Of a DNA stretch of 64,000 nucleotides, positions 57,537 to 64,000 are shown one piece after another (the first letter of the stretch is position 1; each line of letters starts with the position of its first letter). This DNA is from a virus: the IMG/VR virus record IMGVR_UViG_3300042508_000428; one strand, given 5' to 3'. Both the position numbers and the translations under genes were made by a program. Below the pieces are notes generated by a model, which worked only from the letters and a program-made list of their open reading frames with translations, was not told where the DNA came from and did not search any database.

Positions 57537-58580
57537 ATGATTTATACAACATTAACAGCAGATCAGATTTCTACTGCCAGAGAAACACTTTATGAGTCAA
57601 TTCCAATTACAGGAACTCTTGTTTCTGGGACATACGGAACTTATCCAGATGATACAAACGTTTTAAAGTATACAGCAAGTCATGGATTGTTTGAATCTGT
57701 ATATGATTATCCGTATGCCAGTTCTTCGGCAAATAGTATATTTGATCTTACATACGGAGTTAGAAGCGGAAGTTCATTGACACCAGTAACACAGTCTGCT
57801 GAGAAATACAGAATTTATAAAGAGATGGCTCAAACTTTATTTGGATTTGATGTAACTGGTAATGTTAAAAACTTTGTTATTAACGGATCAACTGTAGACA
57901 GAATGTTTTTTGTTAATTTTTCTCGTCTTTTAACAAAAGACGGAATTAAAATTGGTAGTTTTTCTGCTTCTATGGGCACAAGTTCTTGGACAGCTCATAA
58001 ATTTGCAGGTCCTCTATTACAAATGAGTGACAATCCCAGCTCTACATATTTAACTGTTAACAGCGATTCTCCAGTAGGTCAATATTGGAAAATATATAGC
58101 GGCTCAACATATACAGACGCAAATCAAATTGGTTTCTTGTTTTACCAACAAGGAGTTTTAGCTTTAAATCAAGGTAATTCTGTATTTAATTCTTTGGCTT
58201 ATAGCAGTTCGGTTTCAAACCCTCCAGGAGGTTATTTAAGTGGTTCGTTATTGGCATCTACGGGAACTATTACTGAAATCTCTGATGCATTTAGAAAACA
58301 CGTTAATAATCTTCAATTTCAAAACACTGTTCAAATTAATTCAACAATTTATAATTGCCAAGTTGGATTAAATCAATACAATTACAGTTCAAACATCACA
58401 TATACATCTGCAAGTCAAATTGTTGTTAAGAATAGTGTTATTGACACTCCAGTAACTTATATAACAACAGTTGGTTTATATGATGACACAGATCAGCTTT
58501 TAGCAGTTGCTAAACTATCAGAACCACTAAGAAAGACCTCTGCCGATTCAATTAATTTAAGAGTAAGATTGGATTATTAA
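57537..58580 (+). CDS. tail/baseplate structural protein with a motif like the C-terminal half of the DUF3751-type domain
   Basis: YITTVGLYDDTDQLLAVAKLSEPLRK...RVRLDY resembles IREVGLFDE.G.LIAVG. Confidence 0.55.
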   Translation: MIYTTLTADQISTARETLYESIPITGTLVSGTYGTYPDDTNVLKYTASHGLFESVYDYPYASSSANSIFDLTYGVRSGSSLTPVTQSAEKYRIYKEMAQTLFGFDVTGNVKNFVINGSTVDRMFFVNFSRLLTKDGIKIGSFSASMGTSSWTAHKFAGPLLQMSDNPSSTYLTVNSDSPVGQYWKIYSGSTYTDANQIGFLFYQQGVLALNQGNSVFNSLAYSSSVSNPPGGYLSGSLLASTGTITEISDAFRKHVNNLQFQNTVQINSTIYNCQVGLNQYNYSSNITYTSASQIVVKNSVIDTPVTYITTVGLYDDTDQLLAVAKLSEPLRKTSADSINLRVRLDY

Positions 58581-58586
58581 AAGTGT

Positions 58587-59834
58587 ATGAAAAAACTTAC
58601 AAACAATGACATATTTTATAATGATATTTTGGCTAAACCAAAATATGTTATAACTATGCAATCTGGTTCTTTAAGAATTAATGATCAAATTAATCAGAAT
58701 CAAGAGAAAAGTTCTTCTATATCGATCATAGAATATCCAAGAACATATTCATATGAAAGCTCAAATAAAGCAAACTATTCTGGCTCATATCAATATAGTT
58801 CCTCTATCAATAGAGAATTTATATATGCAACAAGTTCTATATTTGGAACAATTTTTAACTCAAATTACACGGACTATTCCTCTCTAAAGAAAATTTTAGT
58901 TTTAAAAAATGTTTTTAAAGATTATGTCATAGAAAATGAATATGCAAAAATTGACTATTATCTTTTAAACAACGGCTTACCATTGGTGCAAAAAGTAGAA
59001 CCTGGTGATACAATAAACAAGTCTTTAGATATAAACAAATATGCATATTATATTAGACCCTCTTCTTCAATAAATTTAATTACAATTCCAAACTTCTTCT
59101 ATGGAAGTTATATAAACCCTGGAAGTGTTCATTTAAATATGTATGTCTCTGGCGTATTAACTGCGTCTGCGGTAGATACTAATAAAAATGGTAAATTGAT
59201 ACAAACATACGGCGGAACAACGGGTAGTGTTGTAGGAAGTGTTTTTTACGATCATGGAATAATACTTTTAACTGGATCACAGCAACTTTCTAGTCAGCAA
59301 GCTCCATACATACAACCACTTACATCATCTAACTCAGCGGTAAATGATTATTTGAAATGGATACACTTTGGGTCTTATATCGGAGTTACTGGATCTGCTC
59401 CAGAAACAAAATATGAATTGACATTTCAAGGAACAAATTATGTTCCAACATTAACGATGTTTTGTCACGCAGAAAAAAATGAATTATTTTGGAGCAACAA
59501 TAGATCATTTATAGAAGCAGGACAGGGTGAAGAATTATATGTTGGACAGTCAACTTCTTCTATGAACAACAGTGGTCAAGTTTATTACGCAGAAAGCGGA
59601 AGTTTTTTATTGCCCTCTGACAATACGTTTAAAGAAAATCCATATGTTATAATCAAAAATACAATTTCTAGTTCTTTTGCTCATTACAGTGCATCCTACC
59701 AACCACAAGTATTCATCAGTCAAATTGGTATTTATGATGAAGAAAAAAATCTAATAGGTATTGCTAAATTAGCAAATCCGGTGAGAAAAACAAAAGAATT
59801 GGATTATACATTTAAACTTAAGATTGATATGTAA
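58587..59834 (+). CDS. structural protein paralogous to 57537..58580
   Basis: G.VFYDHGIILL matches GFLFYQQGVLAL; C-terminal FISQIGIYDEEKNLIGIAKLANPVRK...KLKIDM. Confidence 0.6.
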   Translation: MKKLTNNDIFYNDILAKPKYVITMQSGSLRINDQINQNQEKSSSISIIEYPRTYSYESSNKANYSGSYQYSSSINREFIYATSSIFGTIFNSNYTDYSSLKKILVLKNVFKDYVIENEYAKIDYYLLNNGLPLVQKVEPGDTINKSLDINKYAYYIRPSSSINLITIPNFFYGSYINPGSVHLNMYVSGVLTASAVDTNKNGKLIQTYGGTTGSVVGSVFYDHGIILLTGSQQLSSQQAPYIQPLTSSNSAVNDYLKWIHFGSYIGVTGSAPETKYELTFQGTNYVPTLTMFCHAEKNELFWSNNRSFIEAGQGEELYVGQSTSSMNNSGQVYYAESGSFLLPSDNTFKENPYVIIKNTISSSFAHYSASYQPQVFISQIGIYDEEKNLIGIAKLANPVRKTKELDYTFKLKIDM

Positions 59835-59846
59835 TATAATGTTTTT

Positions 59847-60371
59847 ATGATTTTAGGACTTGATATTTCAACAACAACCACCGCCTTTACTGTCTTAGAC
59901 GAAGATGGTAAGATTGTCTTATGCGAAGCGGTGAGATTAGAAAAACTTAAAGATCTATTTGTTAAAGCTTCAAACATTAAAAAGTATGTCGAAAATATCA
60001 ACAAAACATACGATATTAAAGCAGTCTATGTAGAAGAGCCTCTCATGTCTTTCTCTGCTGGAATGTCTTCTGCTAAAACAATTTCAACACTAATGAGGTT
60101 CAATGGCATTGTGTCTTGGATCTGTTGTGATGTGATAGGTTTGGATCCTCAGTTTATCTCCGCAGGAACAGCGAGGAAAATGTATGGGATTAAACTGGAA
60201 AAAGGTAAGAAGGCAAAAGAAGTCGTATTTGAAGCAGTGCTTGACCGAGAACCCGACTTCAAGGTAGAATACACCGCCCATGGCAATCCAGTACCTGGAT
60301 CTATGGATAGAAGCGATAGTTTTATTATTGCTAAAGCCGGTTATTTACAATGGAAATCACTGAAAAGTTAA
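59847..60371 (+). CDS. ruvC: RuvC-like Holliday junction resolvase
   Basis: ILGLDIST, VYVEEP and DRSDSFIIA catalytic acidic residues. Confidence 0.85.
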   Translation: MILGLDISTTTTAFTVLDEDGKIVLCEAVRLEKLKDLFVKASNIKKYVENINKTYDIKAVYVEEPLMSFSAGMSSAKTISTLMRFNGIVSWICCDVIGLDPQFISAGTARKMYGIKLEKGKKAKEVVFEAVLDREPDFKVEYTAHGNPVPGSMDRSDSFIIAKAGYLQWKSLKS

Positions 60372-61288
60372 ACATAGTTAGTTCATTTCTTGGGGATTAT
60401 CACAAGACAGGAAATGAATTTTTATTTTTTTGTCCCTTCTGTAAACATCACAAAAGAAAAATGTCCCTTAACTTTGACAAGGGCAAGTATAAATGTTGGG
60501 TCTGTGATACAGCAGGCAACATTCGCAAACTTGTTCGAAAGAAAGGTACATTTGAAGCATTCCAAAAGTGGAAGATGCTTGATGGTGAAATTGACCTAAA
60601 TACAAATTTAGATGATCTATTCTTAGACAAAGAGGAGTCTATCGAGGAAATCTTCTCTCTACCAGAGAAGTTCGTTTCTCTTACTGGTCTAGAGCATTCT
60701 CTTGCCCATACAAAGCCTTTAAACTATCTTAAGAAGCGAGGACTTACACAGCAGGATATTCTTTATTGGAAAGTGGGATTCTGTTTTGACGGAGAATATA
60801 AAAACAGAGTTGTCTTCCCGTCTTTCAACTCTAACGGAGACTTAAATTATTTTGTTGGTAGAACGATTACGGGTGAAAAATTTAATAAATTCAAGATGCC
60901 ACCAGCATCCAAAGATATTGTTTTTAATGAGTTGTATCTTGATTTTGACTCCGACATAATACTTACGGAGGGAATATTTGATGCCGTAAAGGCAGGACAG
61001 AATTCTGTTCCTCTTCTTGGTTCAACTCTAAGAGAAGAAAACAAACTTTTTCAAAGGATTGTAAATTATGATACGGCAGTTTATCTTGCTCTTGATCCAG
61101 ATGCGAAGAAAAAAGAAAATGAACTCATTAAAAAATTCATTAACTACGGAGTCGAAACATACAAAGTAGAAATTTCTCCATACAAAGACGCAGGAGAAAT
61201 GACAAAAGAAGAATTCCAAAAACGAAAGTCAGAAGCAAAACGAATGACTTATGAAACACTACTACAACAAGAATTAGAGGTTGCTTGA
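60350..61288 (+). CDS. dnaG: DNA primase (Zn finger plus TOPRIM)
   Basis: CPFCKHH...CWVC, YLKKRG, YFVGR, LTEGIFDA and LALDPDA. Confidence 0.88.
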   Translation: MEITEKLNIVSSFLGDYHKTGNEFLFFCPFCKHHKRKMSLNFDKGKYKCWVCDTAGNIRKLVRKKGTFEAFQKWKMLDGEIDLNTNLDDLFLDKEESIEEIFSLPEKFVSLTGLEHSLAHTKPLNYLKKRGLTQQDILYWKVGFCFDGEYKNRVVFPSFNSNGDLNYFVGRTITGEKFNKFKMPPASKDIVFNELYLDFDSDIILTEGIFDAVKAGQNSVPLLGSTLREENKLFQRIVNYDTAVYLALDPDAKKKENELIKKFINYGVETYKVEISPYKDAGEMTKEEFQKRKSEAKRMTYETLLQQELEVA

Positions 61289-64000
61289 TGAAATTTGCCC
61301 ACATAGCAGACATTCACATTAAAAATTTAAAACACCACAACACTTACGAACATATTTTTGGGCAACTATACAATGCCGTAGAAAAAGAAGAAGTTGATTG
61401 TATCGTATGTTGCGGAGACATTGCTCATACGAAAACAAACATTTCACCAGAATTTGTTGAGATGGCAAGTAGATTATTTAACAATCTTGCCGACATTGCT
61501 CCTCTTTATATTATTCTCGGCAATCACGACGGCAACTTAAAGAATGCCGATAGACAGGATGCTATTACTCCAATTGTGGAAGCAATCAATAATCCAAGAA
61601 TTAAGTTGCTTAAAAACTCCGGTGAGTTTCATATCAACGAAGAATTTTGTTTAAATGTTTTATCGATCTTTGATCGAGATAACTGGATTAAACCATCAAA
61701 CCCAGATAAAATTAACATTGCTCTTTACCACGGGGCAATTCAAGGAGCAAAAACGGATACTGGTTGGGCGATGAAAGATACGGACGATAGTATCAACATC
61801 TTTGATGATTTTGATTTTGCTTTTCTTGGAGACATTCATAAACAACAATTTTTAACAGATAGAGTTGCCTATTGTGGTTCAACAATTCAACAGAATTTTG
61901 GAGAAGAGATAAACAAAGGTATTCTTGTATGGACAATCAAAGACAAGAAAAACTTCTCTGTTAAACCAGTTAACTTTCAAAATCCAAGTCCTTTTATAAC
62001 TTGTGAATATTCTGGTGTTAATCCAGTGGTTCCTGCGGGTTCAAATGTTAGAATTGTTTTAGATAAGTATTATGATCAAGAGTTCATTGAAAAACTCAAG
62101 AGAGATATTCAACTTCGTTGTAATATAAAGTCAATTCTCATAGTTAATAAACATGCGAAGGAAGTAGAAAACAAAGTAGAAGATACCGATAAAACAAAAT
62201 TAAACTTGAGAGACAATAATGTTCAGCAGGATCTAATCAAAGAGTTCTTGTCCTCTGAGAATCTTACAGATGAACAATTACAACAGGTCCTAGATATTAA
62301 TACCAAGTTTAACCTTGATGCTGAAATCAAAGACGAAACAGCAAGAAATGTTAAGTGGGAACTGGCAAAGTTTGAATGGGACAATCTGTTCAACTACAAA
62401 GAAGGGAATAAACTAGATTTCTCTGAACTATCTGGTATTGTTGGTATTTTCGGTAAAAACTATTCAGGAAAATCAAGTGTAATCGATAGTTTACTTTATA
62501 CTCTGTTTAATACCACATCAAAGAATATTCGTAAGAATTTTGATGTGATAAATGAAAGAAAGAATTCTGGTAAAGGTAGAATTGAAATAAAAACGGGCAA
62601 CGGAGAATATGTTGTTTTAAGAGAGACAGAAAAGAATATTAAGAAGTCAAAGGGCAAACTGGTTGAAGAAGGAAAGACTTCTGTTGATTTTGAGTTTACA
62701 GATGTTTCTTTGAATATTAATTCTTTAAACGGAAATGATAGAAACGAGACAGATAAGAACATTCGCAAGGAAATAGGAACCTATGAGGACTTTTGTAATA
62801 CCTCCTTATCAACTCAACATGGATCCCTTGATTTCATTAATGAAGGTTCGGCAAGAAGAAAAGAAATCTTAGCGAATTTTCTTGATCTTCAAATATTTGA
62901 AAATAAATATAAACCAGCGAATCAATATGCAAATGAACTTAAGTCTTTAATTAAAAAATTAGAGATAAAAGATTATTCAAAGATTCTTGTAGATATTCAT
63001 TTTAAGCACCATGCTTCTCTTAATGTTTTGTCAGAGGTAAATGAGTCTGTTGAGTCGTTAAAACAAGAACAAGAGTTATTACAGGACAAACTCAACAAAT
63101 TAACAGCAGATCTAGCAAAAGTAGAGGACCCAATTGATATTGAGAAGATTACTTCTTTACAAGAACAACTTAACTCTAAATTATCTCAAATAGAATCTTT
63201 GATCAGTGATAAAAAAACTGAACTAAAAACTCACGAAGATACAATTGCTAAGATTAATGAAGTCATTGAAAGACTAAATGTTGAAGAACTTAAAAAGAAA
63301 CAAGAAACCTCCAAGAAAATTACAAAAGAAATCGATGCGATCTTGTATGATAAGAAACTAAAAAATAATTCTTTATCAATCTACAAGAAGTCAGCAGGAC
63401 TTATAGAGACTGTACCCTGCGGGAAAGATCAATACAAAGATTGTTCTTTTAAAAAGAATGCTTATGAATCATTAGAAGAGATTTCAATTGTTGAACTTGC
63501 TCTAAAGTCTCTAGAAGAAAAAGAAGAATTATTAAAAGGTGATCTTCTTAAGTTAGATACTGATAAAGTAAATGAATACTTAGACAAATATTCTAAACTT
63601 CAAATTAAGTCTGGCGACTCCTCAAAGAAAGTTGCTTCTCTTTTAAAAGAATTAGTTGATTTACAAGCAAAGCAATCAAAGATTCAGGAAGAACAGAAAG
63701 AAAACGAGAAACTAATGATTCGCTACGAATCAAATAGAGAACTGTACGAAAACATTGGTGAATTAGAAAAACAAAAAGAATCATTAATTAAAAGCAAATC
63801 ATCTTCATTTGTCCAATTAAAAGAAGAAGAAAACAGACAGAAGAAGGCAATTGCCGATCTTGCTTCAATTGAACAGCAAATAGATTCTTATGAGGAGCAA
63901 ATTGAAGAACTTAATAGATTAAAAAAAGAATACTCGTCTTATGAATTATTCCTTAAGTGTACACATAATAGCGGAATACCATTTGAATTAATCAAGAGAA
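61288..64000 (+). CDS. 3'-truncated fused Mre11(SbcD)-Rad50(SbcC) nuclease-ATPase; not in the ORF track
   Basis: Translated by hand, open from ATG 61288 to the window end. HIADIH, GD, GNHD, YHG and GDIH (metallophosphoesterase), then Walker A GKNYSGKSS (62452-62478), Q-loop LSTQ and a long coiled coil with VPC-x7-C at 63418-63444. Confidence 0.93.
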   Translation, partial: MKFAHIADIHIKNLKHHNTYEHIFGQLYNAVEKEEVDCIVCCGDIAHTKTNISPEFVEMASRLFNNLADIAPLYIILGNHDGNLKNADRQDAITPIVEAINNPRIKLLKNSGEFHINEEFCLNVLSIFDRDNWIKPSNPDKINIALYHGAIQGAKTDTGWAMKDTDDSINIFDDFDFAFLGDIHKQQFLTDRVAYCGSTIQQNFGEEINKGILVWTIKDKKNFSVKPVNFQNPSPFITCEYSGVNPVVPAGSNVRIVLDKYYDQEFIEKLKRDIQLRCNIKSILIVNKHAKEVENKVEDTDKTKLNLRDNNVQQDLIKEFLSSENLTDEQLQQVLDINTKFNLDAEIKDETARNVKWELAKFEWDNLFNYKEGNKLDFSELSGIVGIFGKNYSGKSSVIDSLLYTLFNTTSKNIRKNFDVINERKNSGKGRIEIKTGNGEYVVLRETEKNIKKSKGKLVEEGKTSVDFEFTDVSLNINSLNGNDRNETDKNIRKEIGTYEDFCNTSLSTQHGSLDFINEGSARRKEILANFLDLQIFENKYKPANQYANELKSLIKKLEIKDYSKILVDIHFKHHASLNVLSEVNESVESLKQEQELLQDKLNKLTADLAKVEDPIDIEKITSLQEQLNSKLSQIESLISDKKTELKTHEDTIAKINEVIERLNVEELKKKQETSKKITKEIDAILYDKKLKNNSLSIYKKSAGLIETVPCGKDQYKDCSFKKNAYESLEEISIVELALKSLEEKEELLKGDLLKLDTDKVNEYLDKYSKLQIKSGDSSKKVASLLKELVDLQAKQSKIQEEQKENEKLMIRYESNRELYENIGELEKQKESLIKSKSSSFVQLKEEENRQKKAIADLASIEQQIDSYEEQIEELNRLKKEYSSYELFLKCTHNSGIPFELIKR

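Noticed and set aside
1-64000. Alternative genetic code (TAG or TGA recoding), tRNA genes, introns/inteins, IS elements
   Set aside because: Conserved enzymes are full length under code 11 with TAA, TGA and TAG ending genes at expected positions. No cloverleaf, intein motif or transposase was recognised by eye; a tRNAscan run would be needed to be certain.
1-64000. Giant eukaryotic virus (NCLDV) origin suggested by the ClpP type, fused Mre11-Rad50 and sugar genes
   Set aside because: gp25/gp6 baseplate genes, a sigma factor, Shine-Dalgarno sites, sigma70 promoters, a lipobox and coupled operons all indicate a bacteriophage.

Overview
This 64 kb AT-rich window is gene-dense, with every credible gene on the + strand. 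It comes from a large, probably jumbo, contractile-tailed phage: it has gp25-like and gp6/J-like baseplate wedge genes, a phage sigma factor, Shine-Dalgarno sites, sigma70 promoters and overlapping stop/start codons. The layout has five parts. (1) 1-4.6 kb: putative head-associated proteins, including a repeat-rich peptidoglycan-binding protein and a ligase-fold/HIGH-nucleotidyltransferase fusion. (2) 4.6-8.9 kb: a probable early/host-takeover block with ClpP, Hc1-like and Fis-like DNA-binding proteins, a lipoprotein with its own promoter and terminator, Nmad1, PIN-PhoH and a zincin. (3) 8.9-30.5 kb: a roughly 21 kb island of about 25 glycan genes. It has several glycosyltransferases, a DdhC/RfbH plus TPP-E1-alpha/beta branched dideoxysugar route, an atypical GmhA-NeuB-NeuA-Maf ulosonic-acid route, GDP-fucose synthesis and a frameshifted methyltransferase. 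No flippase, polymerase or other membrane protein was seen in it. (4) 31-59.8 kb: sigma factor and a baseplate/tail module of large Ser/Thr-rich proteins. (5) 59.8-64 kb: RuvC, primase and a single-ORF Mre11-Rad50 fusion that runs off the window and is absent from the ORF track. The best candidate for an undescribed system is phage-encoded synthesis of unusual sugars with cytoplasmic glycosylation, plausibly of virion proteins. All family assignments come from motif recognition by eye; no database search was run.
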